The notes under the pieces: model-generated
Seen by the model: the letters and a program-made list of their open reading frames with translations, nothing else
Told to the model about the DNA's origin: nothing
Database searches by the model: none
Shown here: positions 1 through 13,076 of the stretch, in pieces
Layout of the letters: the number at the start of each line of letters is the position of its first letter
How positions within the stretch are numbered: the first letter of the stretch is position 1
Assembly (NCBI RefSeq): GCF_009914755.1
Contig: NC_060944.1
DNA length: 64,000 bases
Reading direction: 5' to 3' (one strand)
Source: the human T2T-CHM13v2.0 reference genome, Homo sapiens
Made by a program: the position numbers and the translations under genes

Positions 1-1247
1 GTAAGAAGAATCCACACATCACAAAACACTTTCACTGATAGCTTGTTTTTAGTTTACTTCGTGGAATTTTTTTTTTTTTTTTTTTTTTTTTAACTATAGG
101 CCCCAATGAGCTCTGACATTTTTTCTTTTTAGAGTCAACAAAAATAGTGTTTCCAACCTATGGAATCAAAAGAAAGGTTTAAATTTGTAAGATGAATCCA
201 CACATCACAAAGCATTTTCACAGACAGCAAGCTTCTAGGTTTTTTCCGCAGGATATTCTGTTTTTCACTGTAGGCCTCAATGGGCTGTGACATGTTTATT
301 GGTAGATACTACAAAAAGACTGTTTTCAGCCTGCTGAATCAAAAGAAAGGTATAACTCTTTGAGATGAACCCACACATCCTAAAGCATTTTCACACATAG
401 CTTACTTATAGTTTTTATCGTGAGATATTCTGTTTTTCACTATAGACCTCCATGGGCTCCGAAATGTCCCCTTGTAGATTCCAGAAAAAGAGTTTTTCCA
501 AAGTGCTGAATTAAAACAAAGGTTTAACTGTGTGACATTATTTTACAGATCACAAAGCATTTTCACGGATAGCTTGTTTCTAGTTTTTGTTGCAGGATAT
601 TTGGTTTTAAACTCCAGGCCTCAATGTGCTTCAAAATGTCTCACCTTAGATTCTACAAAAAACTTGTTTCCAACGTGCTGAATCAAAACAAAAAGCTGGC
701 TCTGTGAGATAATTCCATGCCTCGCAAAGGCTTTTGACAGATAGCTTGCATCAAGTTTTCATCGCGGGATATTCCATTTTTCTCTATAGGCATCAGTGGG
801 CTCTAAAATGTCCCTTTGTAGATTCTACAGTGAAAGTGTTTCTAAACTGCTGAATTAAAACAAAGATTTAGCTTTGTGAGATAAATCCAGACATCACAAA
901 ACATTTCACTGATAGTTTGTTTCTAGTTTTTATCGCAGGATAGTCAGTTTCTTACTATAGGCCTCAATTTGCTCTGTAATAGCCCCTCTTAGATTCCAGA
1001 AAAGGAGAGTTTCCAGCCTACTGAATCACAAGAAATGTTTAACTCTGTGAGATAAAATCACACATTGGAAAGCATTTTCAGACATAGCTTCTTTGTAGTT
1101 TTTATCGCGGGATATTTGGTGTTTCACTATAGGCCTCAATGGATTTTGAAATCTTCCCTCATAGGGACACAAAAAAAAGGGTCTATCCTTCTGAATCAAA
1201 ACAAAGTTTTAACTGTGAAAAGAAAGCCACACATAGCAAAGGATTTT
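1..1247. repeat. Monomeric alpha satellite, ~7 diverged ~171 bp monomers (continues off the left edge)
   Basis: Recurring 'aaaggtttaactctgtgagatgaatccacacatcacaaagcattttcacagatagc...taggcctcaatgggctc...gattctacaaaaagagtgtttccaacctgctgaatc' at ~171 bp spacing; no CENP-B box seen. Confidence 0.93.
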
Positions 1248-4200
1248 TACCATATCTGCCAACAAGGAAACTCTTGTTCTCCCACTTTTATCAGAGGGCT
1301 GCCTGATTTCTATAGGATGAGAAGCAGGCAGCAGTGTCTGGATGTGCCTGCTCATGTAGGCTCTGTTACAATCATCTGCATGTTCTTCTTCATGTGGAGG
1401 GGATCTTTTATGGATCTGTTGCTGGGGGGACTGCCTCTCTCTACAGATCTTTTGGCTGCCAGGGATTTCAGGGAGCAAAAAATACTTCCAGTAGGCTGGC
1501 TGCACTCCAGGTTGTGAGTAGTGGTCTCACTATGGGGGATTGGGGTGTTTGCAGGAGGCTTTTGGGTCCTCTGGCAGGAATCCTTGAACATGGCTTGGAC
1601 TCTAGCACAGGCCCTCTCATTCTCCAAGGCAAGCATTGATTTTCCATTGCTTTCATGAGGAGTCCATACTACTCTTCATCAGTGCTCCTAAACACACTTT
1701 TTTGGCTTGCAATTACCTCAGACGGCCACTGAGACACTCTCTGAACTGCATCTGCACCCATGAGGTCAGTTCGAAGTGTGAGACTTCTGCTTCACCTTGA
1801 ACTTGCCTTTCTCATGTTTCCTGCCTTTCCCAGAGAGCCATGTTGAGTAGCAGGAGCCCCTGTGAGGCCCAGGATGAAGGGAGGCAGTGAGCTCAAGGGC
1901 CCTGCCATTTTCTGCTGACATCTGCCTCTGGGGTCTTGGGTATGATTTCATCACCTGGACACCCCTTAACATCTCAGCAGACTGTATTCCCTTCCCCATG
2001 GGACCCAATTCTTGCACACAGCCTCTTTCGGGAATGGAATAAGAGGAACAGTTTCCAGCATCCACATCACAGTCTCCAAGTGCCTCCTCCTCCAGCAGGA
2101 CCTGACCATGTAGATGGCCCGAAGGGGCCTGCTTAGAGGGTGTGGGGGTGAGTCTTCTTAAAATTTGCCCCCCTTGGTGATGTCTAGGTACAGCCCGCCT
2201 GTGTTCCCCAGGCTGCTCTCTCCCAAGAAGAGCTTGCTGCAGAAACACACAGCCTCTGAAGCTGCTGGGATGTGTGTTTCTGTGGGAGTGTTTCAAGTTG
2301 TGGATATCTGCGTGTGAATGTGGTCATGTGAGTGTGTGTGTGTGTGTGTGTATGTCTGTGTGTGAGGGTAAGTGGAGTCTGCTGAAAGAAATGTGGCTAA
2401 CGCACTGCAGCACTGTTTTTTGTCACCCCACCTTCTGGTAGCCTGTCTCTGTGGCTCTGCTTGGGCTGAGGGTCTCCATGTTCTTCATTTTTCCATGGTT
2501 CCTGAATCCACAGTGAATTGGAAGAATGGCTGACAACCGCTGGGGTCAAAATCACCTCCCTTTGCAAAAACGCCACATTTCTACAAAGAAGAGAAGCACA
2601 CCACACCCCAAAACAGACAACTTCCCGTGCTTTATTGTTCTGTGACCAACCCAGGGCCAGACCCCAGCAGTCCAGTCGCAGGGCTTCTTGAATTTACCTC
2701 TATTTTGGTTTGTAGCTGAGCAGGTGCTTCAGGTCATCAGGGAGGCACTCCTCCATTGTCTCAGAATCTTATTCTGGGACACAGAGTGTGAGCAACAATA
2801 AGGTCAGATAGGGGTGAGGATACAATCTGTTGAGGTGTGGATGGGATCTCACACCTTCACCTGCAAAAAAGGTGCAGAAAGATGACACAGAAGTTGCTTC
2901 CAACTGCATCCCCTCATTCCCTTCATTGCACAGTCAACAGCATGGCCTGGTGCCCAGGTGGGATGACTCAATCGTGCAGGGAAAAGTAGGATTACAAACT
3001 GGGGCCCTTCTGGCCAGCTCCAGAATTGAGCTTTCATTCCCAGAGCCACATTGGAGTGAGATGGATTGATGCTGGGTTGGATGTGGCCTCCACACTGGCC
3101 TCCTCTGTTCCTGACTTCCATGTTCCTTGTGGGCCTAGAGTGTCCTAGGTCTGGCTCAGTCTGACTTCCATGTTCCTCATGAACCTGGGGTTTTTCTGGG
3201 TCTGGCTCAAAGTCTTCCACACTAAAAGTTTCCCAGTTCATGGAGGACGACTCTCATGGGAATCCATTGCATGAGTGTTTTCTTATAAACACTGTCACAT
3301 TTTAATGACTGGGCAGTTGTGATACTTTTGGAATCATAAATTTCGATTATATCCACCATCAAGATAACTCTTGTTCTCCCACTTCTAAAGGACAGCTGCA
3401 TGACTCCTGTAGGATGAGAAACAGGCAGCTGTGTCTGGCTTTTACCTGGCAATCTAGGCTCTGTTTCATGTCATCTGCACTTCCTTTCTCATTGTGGATG
3501 GGGTTTTTCATTGGGCTGTTGGTGGATAGGACTGACTTTCATTGTGGATATTTTCGTTGCCAGGAATATCAGAAAGCAAAAGGCATTTTGGGTAGGCTGG
3601 CCACACACCAGGTGGTGGGTAGTGGTCTCATAGTGGTGGCTGGCATTGTTTGCACTTTGCAGGAGGCTTTTAAGTCCTCTGGCAGGAATCCTTGAACATG
3701 GCTTGGACTCCTGCACAAGTCTGCTCATTCTCCCAGGAGAGCCTTGATTTTTCTTTGCTTTCATGGTTTGTCCACATTGCCAATCAACAGCACTCCTGGA
3801 CATTATTCTCAGGTTTCAAATTGCCCCAGACAGCCTCTGAGACACTCTCTCAACCTCATGTGCGCCCACGAGAGGCCTGTTTTAGGTGTGAGAACACTGC
3901 TCCACCTTGGACTTGCCTTTGTCGTGGTTTCTGCCTTTCCCAGAGAGCTGTGCTGAGAAGCAGGAGCCCCTGTGAGGCCTGGGATGAAGGAAGGCAGGGG
4001 GTTCAAGGGCCTGGCCATCTTCCACTGACACCTGCCACTTGGATCTCAGATATTATTCCATCACCCAGAGACCTCTTAACAACTCACCAGACTTTATTCC
4101 CATCCCCAGGAGACCCAATTCATGCACACAGCCTCTTTTGGGAATGGAGTCAGAAGACCAGTCTCCAGAGCTCACCTCACAGTCTTCAAACTCCTCCTTC

Positions 4201-5534
4201 TCCTGTGGGACCCTACCATGGAGATGTCTCATGAAGGCCCTATGTTCGAGACTATTAGCGTGCTGCAGTGGGTTGCTGCAGGCAGCCTTTTTCTGGAGAC
4301 TAGGCCAGCTCTGGCTGTACCATTTTCCTGAGCTTTGCCAGGCTTACAGCCCTGACAGCCAGGTGCCCGAGCCTGCTTGGTGAATGCACATGTGACCGTC
4401 AGGCCACCAGGCAACAGTGGTGAGCAGTGGCTCATGTCACAGTGAATGCCACCATTACCTGGTGACAAGTCCCTTCATCTTGGTGGAGAAGGAGTCCTCT
4501 GTGGATGTGTGTTGGCATTGAACTATCACCTGTCTACTCTGAGGGCTCTATGGGATATTCCCACAATCCTAGGAGTGGGCAGTGGCGAGTCAGCCTGAAG
4601 ACACATCAAGTGGAGCCCCAGGAATAAACCACAAAATCCCTAAGGATCCAAAAGGATACCCACGATGAGTCAGGCCTGCCTAGACAGTGTGGGAGTGAGT
4701 CTTTTTGAAACTTCCCTCCCTGTGATTTCTAGGTACATCCCGCCTCTGTTTTCTGAGGCTGCTCTCTCTCAGAAGGAGCTTTCTGCAGAACCGTGCAGCC
4801 TCAGGAGCTGCCAGGCTGTGTGTTTCTGTGCAAGTGTTGTGAGTGTTTGAATGTCTGCGTGTGTGTGTGTGGCTGTATGTGAGTGTGTTTGTGTGTGTCT
4901 GTGTGTGTGTGTGAGGGGCATCTGCTAAAAGGAATGTGTTTAATGCACTGCAGCACTTTTTTTTCTAGTCCCTCCACCTTCTGGTGCACCTGTCTGTGTG
5001 GCTCTGCTTGGCCTATGGGGCTGCATGTTCTTTGTTTTTCCGTGGTTCCTGAGTCCACGGTGAGTTGGGGGGATGGTTGAGACTCACAGGTGTACAAATC
5101 ACCTCCCCATACAAAGGAGCCACTCTTCTAGAAAGAAGAGGAGCACACCACTCTCAGAAGAAGACACCTGTCAGGGCCTCATTGTCCTGTGGTCAACCCA
5201 GGGTGTGACTCTAGCAGTCCTGTCCACAGGCCGCTTGAATCCAATTCGAATTCTGTTTGCAGCCGAGCAGGTGCTTCATGTCATGAAGGGAGCACTCCTC
5301 CAACATCTTGGGATTTCATTCTAGAACTAGGAGTGTGAGCAGCAATAAGGTCAGATATGGGTGAGCATACAGTCTGCTGAGGTGTGGATGGGGTCTGCAC
5401 CTTCATCTGCAAAAAAAGGTGCAGACAGATGACACACGAAGTGCTTCCAACTCCACCCTTGCATTCCCTTCATTGCACAAGCTGTCCACAACATGGCCCC
5501 ATGGTCAGGTGGGAGGACTCCAACTTGCGGGGAA
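1248..5534. repeat. Degenerate, CpG-depleted SST1-related macrosatellite, ~2 units
   Basis: 'caag(g/at)aactcttgttctcccact' at 1263 and 3360; 'aataaggtcagata' at ~2797 and ~5345; (TG)n tracts at ~2330 and ~4860; colinear with, but diverged from, the 9.4-18.4 kb units. Confidence 0.8.
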
Positions 5535-8500
5535 TAAAAAAAAGGTTTAACTGATACAAAAAGGTTTATCTCTGTAAGATAAATCCACACATCGCAAATA
5601 ATTTGCAAAGATAGCTTCTTTCTAGTTTTTATGCCAGGATATTAGGTTTTTCAGTATAGTCCACAATAGGCTCTGAAATGTCCCTTCATAGATTCTACAA
5701 AAAAGTGTTTTCATCCTGTTGAATCAAAACAAAGGTTTAACTCTGTGAGATAAATCCACACTTCACAAAGCATTTTCACAGATAGACAGTTTTTAGTTTT
5801 TACTGTGAAATATTTGGTGTTTTACTTTAGTCCTCAATGTTCACGAAAATATCTTTTTTTTGTATATGCTACATAAAGAGTGTTCTCAACCTACCGAATG
5901 ATAATAAAGGTTAAACTTTGTGAGATGAATCCACACATCACAAAGCATTTTCACTAATAGATTGTTGCTAGTATGTATCGTGGCATATTCAGTTTTTCAA
6001 TATACTTGTCAGTGGGCTCCAAAATGTCCTTTTGTAGATTCTTTAAAAAGAGTGTTTCCAACGTGCTGAATCAATATAAAGGTTTACCTCTGTGAGAAGA
6101 ATCCACCCACCACCAACATTTTCAAATATTGCTTGTTTCTAATTTTTATCTTGAAATATTCATTTTTTCACTATAGGCCTCAGTGAGCTACAAAATGTCC
6201 CTTCATAGGTTGTACAAAAAGAGTGTTGCCAACCTGCTGAATCAAAACAAAGGTTTAAGTTTGTGAGACAAATCCACATATCAGAAAGCATTTTCACAGG
6301 TAGCTTGCTGCTAGTTTTAATCACTGGTATTAGGTTTTTCAGTATAGCCTCTAATGTACTTTGAAACATCCCTTTGTAGATTCTATTAAAAGAAGGTTTT
6401 CAACCTGCTGAATCAAAACAAAGGTTTAACTCTGTAAGATGAACCCACACATGGCAAAGCATGTACACAGATAGCTTGTTTCTAGTTTCTATTGCAGAAT
6501 ATTTGGTTTTCCACAGTAGGCCTCAATGGGCTCTGAAATATCCCTTTATAGATTCTACAAAGAGTTTTTCCAACCTGCTGAATCAAAAAAAGTTTTATCT
6601 CTGATAGATGAATTCACACATCATAAAACATTTTCACAGACATTTTGTTTCTAGATTTTATCACAGGATATTAGGTTTTTCTCTATAGGCCTCAATGGGC
6701 TCCAAAATGTTTCTTCCTAGATTCTACAAAAAGAGTGTTTCCAACCTGCTGAATCAAAATAAAGGTTTATCTCTGTCAGACGAATGAACACATCACAAAG
6801 CATTTTCACAGATAACTTGTTTCAAGTTTTTATGATAAGATATTTTGTTTTCCACTGCAGGCCTCAATTGGCTTCAAAATATTCCTTTGAATGTTCTTCA
6901 AAAAGATTGTTTTCTACTTGCTGTAACAAAACAAAGGTTTAACTTTGTGAGATAAATCCACACATTGGAAAGTATTTTCACAGATAGCTTGTTTCCTGTT
7001 TTTATAGCAGAATATTTAGTTTTACAACTATAGGCCTCTATGGGCTGTGAAATGTTGCTTTATAGATTCTAAGAAAGAGTTTTTCCAACCTGCTGAATCA
7101 AAACAATTTTAACTCTCAGTTGAATCCACACAACACAAAGGATTTTCACTGATAGATTTTTCTAGTTTTTATCAAGGAATATTTGTTTTTTTATTATAGT
7201 TCTCAATGGGCCCTGAAATGTCTTTTAACACATTCCAGAATTAGACTGTCTGCAACCTGCAGAATAAAAACAAAGGTTTAACTCTGGGAGATGCATCCAT
7301 ACATCACAAAGCATTTTCACAGATAGCTTATCTCTAGTTTTCATTGTGGGACATTCGATTTTTTAAAAGAGGCCTCAATGGGCTTTAAATGTCCCTTCGT
7401 AGATTCTCCATAAATAGTGCTTCTAATCTGCTAAATCAAAACAAAGCTTTAACCTTGGGAGATGAATCCACTCATTGCAAAGCATTTTCACATAAAACTT
7501 TTTCTAGTTTTCATCATGGGACATTTGTATTTTTACTACAGGCCTCAATGGGTTCCAAAGTGTCTCTTCATAGGTTCTACAAAAAAAAAGTGTTTCCAAC
7601 CTGCCTTCTATAGATTTTCCAGAAACAGTGTTTTCAACCTCCTGAATCAAAACAAAGATTTAACTGTGTGTGATGAATCCAGACATCAGAAAGCTTTTTC
7701 ACAGATAGCTTTTTTCTAGTTTTTATCATGGGATATTTGTTTTTCACTACCTGCCAAAATGGGCTCCAAATTGACCTCTCACAGATTCTACAAGCAGAGA
7801 GTTTCCAACCTGCTGATGCAATACAAAGGTTTAACTTTGTATGATAAATCTACACATCACAAAGCATTTTTACAGATACCTTTTTTCTAGCTTTTATCAC
7901 AGTATAATCTGTTTTTCACTACAGGCCTCAATTTGCTCTGAAATGTCCTGTCGTATATTCTACAATAAGAATGTTTCCAACCTGCTGAATAAAAAGAAAG
8001 ATTTAACTCTATGAGATGAAATCACACATCTCAAAGCATTTTCAGAGATAGCTTCTTTATAGTTTTTATTAGGATTTTAGGTTTTTCACTATAAGCCTCA
8101 ATCAATGGGCTTTGAAATATCTCCTCATCAATTGTACAAAAAGAGAGTTTCCAACCTGCTGAATCAAAACAAAGGTTTAACATTGTGAGACAAATCCACA
8201 AATTGCAAAGCATTTTTACAGATAACTTGTTTCTAGTTTTTATCATGGGATATTTGGTTTTTCACTATAGGCCTCAGGGGGCTAAGAACAGTCCCCCCTT
8301 TGATTCTACAAAATGAATGTTTCCAACCTGCAAAGTTTCCAACCTGCTGAATCAAAACTAACATTCAACTCTGTTAGACGAATCCACACGTTGCAAAGCA
8401 TTTTCACAGATAGCTAGTATCTAGTTTTCATCGTGGGATATTCAGTTTTTTACTACAGACCTCATTGGGTTTGAAATGACCCCTTGCAGATTCTAGAAAA

Positions 8501-9435
8501 ATAGTGTTTCCAACCTGCTAAGTCAAAATAAAGGTTAAACTCTGTGAGATGAAACCACACATTGCAAAACATTTTTACAGATAGCTTGTTCTAGTTTTTA
8601 TCATGGCATATGTGGTTTTTCACTATTGACCTCAATGAGCTCCAAAATGTCCCTTCCTTTATTCTACAAAAAGAATGTTTCCAACCTGCCCAATCAAAAC
8701 AAGGTTTAACTCTGTGAGATGATTCTAAACATTGCAAAACATTTTCACACATAGCTTGTTTCTAGTTTTTATCCTGGGATATTTGGTTTTTGGTATAGGC
8801 CTCTATGGGCTCCAAAATTTCCCTTCATAGATATTACAAAAAGAGTGTTTTCAACCTTCTGAACCAAAACAAGGGTTTAACTCTGCGAGATGAATCCACA
8901 CATCTCAAAGCATTTTCACAGATAATTTGTTGTCAGTTTTTATCAGGGATATTCGTTTTTTTATAATAGGCCTCAAGGACTCAGAAATTTCTTATTTTAG
9001 ATTCTACTAAAAGAATGTTTCCAACCTGCTGTATATAAACATAGGTATAACTCTATGAGATAAATTCACACATAACAAACATTTTCACAGATAGCTCATT
9101 TCTAGCTTTTATCACAAGATATTCAGGTTTCACTATAGGCCTCAGTGGGCTCTGAAATGTTCCTTTGTAGATTCTACAAAAGAATGTTTGAAACCTGCAG
9201 AATAAAAACAAAAGTTTAACTCTGTGAGATGAATCCACACAACACAGAGCATTTTCACTAATAATTTGTTGATAGTTTCTATGGTGGGATATTTAGTTTA
9301 TCAATACACTCATCCATGGGCTTCAAAATATCCCTTCATTGATCCTTGAAAAAGAGTGTTTCCAAAATGCTAAGTCAAAACAAATGTTTAACTCTGAGGG
9401 ATAACCCACACATCACAAGGCATTTTCACAGATAG
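5535..9435. repeat. Monomeric alpha satellite, ~23 diverged monomers, same orientation as the first block
   Basis: Continuous ~171 bp periodicity; box region reads 'atatt..gtttttcactataggcctcaa' (A-type), no CENP-B box. Confidence 0.95.
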
Positions 9436-10860
9436 TCACTGGGAAGCTGGCCTTTCTGGAAAAGCCACCTTTTTGGCACCCCTCCCCTCATGCCCGTGAC
9501 AGTGGCACAGTGCTGTATCCTGCCTGGGCTTTGGCCTCTGCTTTGTCCCTCCTCTTGCCCTGTCTCCCCTGCTTCTGAGGGGCCTACATGCCTCTTGCTC
9601 TGGCTGAATGTCTTCAACAATGATCACATCCCAGGCCGTCAGGGAGACACTTCCTGGAGATCCCTGTCGTGATTGTTTCTCTCTTTCAACCTGTTTCTGC
9701 TTGATAGGGCAGGATTGACGACCCTGGAGCTCTTGGCTTCCACACTTGTCTCAGACAGGGAAGCTTCCTTCCTCTCCGTGTTTCACCTCATGGGTGGGTG
9801 GATTGCCTGGAATGAGCACTAGGCGACTGTGACAGGCCTTGTCTTCTAGGACAGGTGGTGTCCCATTTCCTCTGCACTTCATGTCTCATTTGTGAGAGAC
9901 ATCCTCTCCTCTGCTCCTGGGTGGACTGACTCCCTGGATCTTTTGATGGTAAAGAATATCGGGGAAAGGAACCAAAGGGACTGGGCTGGGGCTGGAGCTG
10001 GGTCTGGATCTGGGGCTGGGGCTGGTTGCAGGGGAGGTTGGGTCAGGGCTACCTGGGCCGTGGAGGGTTGGGGGTGGGGTGAATTTTGCAGAAACCTCTT
10101 TAATCCTCTGGCAGGCATTTCAAAATGTGGCTTGGACTCAGGCACAGGCCCCCTCCTGGTTCCCAGTTGTTCTTTGATTTTCCTTGGCATCGATGGAAAG
10201 GTCACTTGATCCCTCCTTCCACCGGACACATGCCTGGACACCATTGTTGGTTTTGCCGTCGCCCCATATGCCTCCGGTGACACACATTCACACCATCTGC
10301 TCTGGGATACGCCAGTGCCACGCTTGGTCGCATTGGCCTCACCTCGGAATCGCCTCTGTCTTTGTTTGCACGTGTCCTGAAAAGCAGTGTCAGCTTGGAG
10401 GAGACTCAGGGCTTTTAGAAGCGGGGCAGGCCACTGCTCTTTCAAAGGGGGAGGGAGGCAGAGGGCTCAGGGATCAGTGAATTTTCAGCTGACACCACGC
10501 GTTGAGGCCCATGTGATCATTCTGTGCTGCAGGGAGGCCCTGCCTGCCTCACCAGATGTGGTGAACCCATCCTTTCTCACCCAGAGGGGTCCAAAATCGG
10601 ATCTGAAGGGGAGTTCTGAGAACCTAGCAGGCACCCTGAAGCTCCCCGTCCATCGGTGGAAGTCGGCTCAAGGAGGTCCTGAAGACTGGACTCCTGGGGG
10701 TTTGGCCCTGGGCCAGGACACCTGCGGCCCCCTCTCCCACGCGGCCCCAAACGGGACCCCAGATCCAGCCTCTGCCAAGGCTGCAGGAGGAGCCCCCCTG
10801 CTGCTGCGCAGCCACGGCCTTATTTAAAGGGGACGCAGCCCCACTGCCAGGAGCAGAGCG

Positions 10861-11309
10861 TTAGTCGGCCCAACCAATGCGCATGCGCGAGGCGTGAGCG
10901 GATTCTCCCATCACAGTGGTTCCCACGGTTGTCTTAGAAACCAGTCTCCCAGGCTTGGCAAAGCAGTTCTCCTTGGCAGTGCTTGGGTGTCGGGACTCCG
11001 AGGTTCCGGCCTGACCGCTCCACGGGGTCGACAGGAACGTCTCCAGATGCCAGGAGTCGCAAAGAGCCGACCACGACGACGAGACCACGGGCGGAGTCCA
11101 GGGGAAGCAGCAAGGCATCCCAGCCTCAGGCCTGCCCGGACGGTGTTCGGGTGAGTCTCCCCAAAAGTCGTGCCCCCGGGATCTCAAGGACAGGTCGGCT
11201 TGCGTGCCCCTGGGCTGCTCTCTCACCCGAGGGTCGTTCTCATCCAGAGCAGAACCCCGCAGCCTCAGGTGTTGCCTGGGGGTGTGTGTTTCTGTGCCAC
11301 TGCTGTATG

Positions 11310-11340
<31 letters not shown>

Positions 11341-11735
11341 CTCCCATTCTCTCTTCTGTCTCTGTCTCTCACTCTCTGTGTGTTTCTTTCCCTCTCTCTG
11401 TCCATTTGTGTGTGTGTGCCCGTGTGCGAGTGTGTCTTTGGACGAATGTGCCCTGTGCGCCAAAAAGCGATTTCTCGCATGTCAGCCTTTCTTTGGTGAG
11501 CCTCTTTCTGTGTCTCTGCCTGGGTCCTGTGGCTGGCTGTCAATCGTTTTCACCCTGGTACCACTTTGGCTGTGTGAAGGCTTCGACCGCGTGAGGAGAT
11601 GCGTTGGTCCCGGAGCAATTGAAATCTCATCCTCATCCTGAGCGGCCTCATTTTTAGGATCAAGATGACCACACTGCAGCCAAGGACGAAAGCCCCACAG
11701 GAGCTCATTGTTTTGCAGGAGAGGAGTGGACCCAC
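10861..11735 (-). pseudogene. FAM27D/E-like sequence within SST1 unit 1 (broken ORFs, probably non-coding)
   Basis: Minus-strand peptides 'FQLLRDQRISSRG', 'TQAETQKEAHQR..WRTGHIRPKTH..DRERERNTQR' and 'LRLRGSALDENDPRVREQPRGTQADLS' match my recollection of the putative FAM27E/FAM27D1 proteins; split across frames and stops. Confidence 0.65.
10874..10888. promoter_or_regulatory. CCAAT box overlapping an NRF1 palindrome (TGCGCATGCGC) in SST1 unit 1
   Basis: ccaatgcgcatgcgc in CpG-rich context. Confidence 0.6.
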
Positions 11736-13061
11736 GTCAGAAATGAGGTTGTATCTTTTCCCGGGTCTTCTGTGAGCAATGAAGCCACATCACGATAGAG
11801 TCTTGAAGAGGAATCCGGAAATGGGAGTTGGCAACAATCCCTGTCACTGGAACGCTGGCCTCTCTGGACAAGCCACACTTCTGGCCCCCCTCCTCTTATG
11901 CTCGTGGAGGTGGCACGGTGCTGTATCCTGCCTGAGCTCTGGCCTCTGCCCTGCCTTCCCTCTTGCTCTGTCTCCCCTGTTTCTCAGCCGCCTAGATGCC
12001 TCTTGCTCTGGCTGAATGTCTTCAACAAAGATCATTTCCCTGTCCGTCAGGGAGACACTTCCTGGAGATCCGTGTCATGATTGTGTCTCTCTCCAAACCT
12101 GTTTCTGCTTGATTGGGCAGGTTTGATGTCCCTGGAGCTCTTGGCTTCCATGCGTGTCTCAGACAGGGAAGCTACCTTGGTCTCCATGTTTCACCTCATG
12201 TGTAGGTGGATTGCCTAGAAGCAACGGTAAGCGACCGTGACCGGCCTTGTCTTCTAGGACAGGCGTGGTGAAACATGTCCTCTGCATCTCCTGTCTCATT
12301 CTTGAGGGACATCCTCTCCTCTGCTCCTGGGTGGACGGACTCCCTGAATCTTTTGGCCGCGTCTTAGATCTGAGGTGTTCTTTGATTTTGGTTGGCATTG
12401 ATGGAAAGGTCACTTGTGCTCCCCTTCAGCCGGGCACATGCCTGGACACCATTGCTTGTTTTGCCATTGCCCCATATGCCCTCAGTGACACACATCCATA
12501 CCATCTGCTCTGGTATACGCCAGTGCCACACGTGGTCGCCTTGGCTCCACCTGGGAATCGCCTCTGTCCCTGTTTGCACTTGTCCTGGAAAGCGGTATCA
12601 GCTTGCAGGAGCCCCAGGGCTTTTAAAAGTGGGGCGGGCCACTGCTCTTTCAATGGAGGAGGGAGGCAGACAGCTCATGGGTCAGTGAAATTTCAGCTGA
12701 CACCATGATTTGAGGCCCATGGGAACATTCTGTGTTGCAGTGAGGCCCTGCCTGCCTTAGCAGATGTGGTGATCCCCTCCTTTCTCACCCGGAGGGGTCC
12801 AAGATGTGATTCAAAGAGGAGTCCTGAGACCCCAGCAGGCGCCCTCGAGCTCTCCCTCCATCGGTGGAAGTTGGCTCAAGCAGGGCCTGAAGACAGGACT
12901 CCTGAGGTCACCCGCGGACCTCTCTCCCACGCCGCCCTCTACTGGGTCCTGGATCCAGCTGCCGCGGAGGCTGCAGCAGGAGTCCCCCTGCCACCGCGCA
13001 GCTGCCATTGTTTCAAGGGGACTCCGCCTGACTGCCAGGAGCGGAGCGCGAGTCGGCCTAG

Positions 13062-13076
13062 CCAATGCGCATGCGC
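13062..13076. promoter_or_regulatory. CCAAT box overlapping an NRF1 palindrome in SST1 unit 2
   Basis: ccaatgcgcatgcgc. Confidence 0.6.

Larger units (their letters stand above)
9436..11843. repeat. SST1/NBL2-type macrosatellite unit 1 (~2.4 kb, CpG-rich, FAM27-type)
   Basis: Unit landmark 'tcactgg..gctggcc' at 9436 recurs at 11844, 14062 and 15678; internal (TG)n/(TC)n tract. Confidence 0.88.

Noticed and set aside
1-9435. Active centromeric higher-order array or CENP-B boxes
   Set aside because: No CENP-B box found; monomers are highly diverged and interrupted
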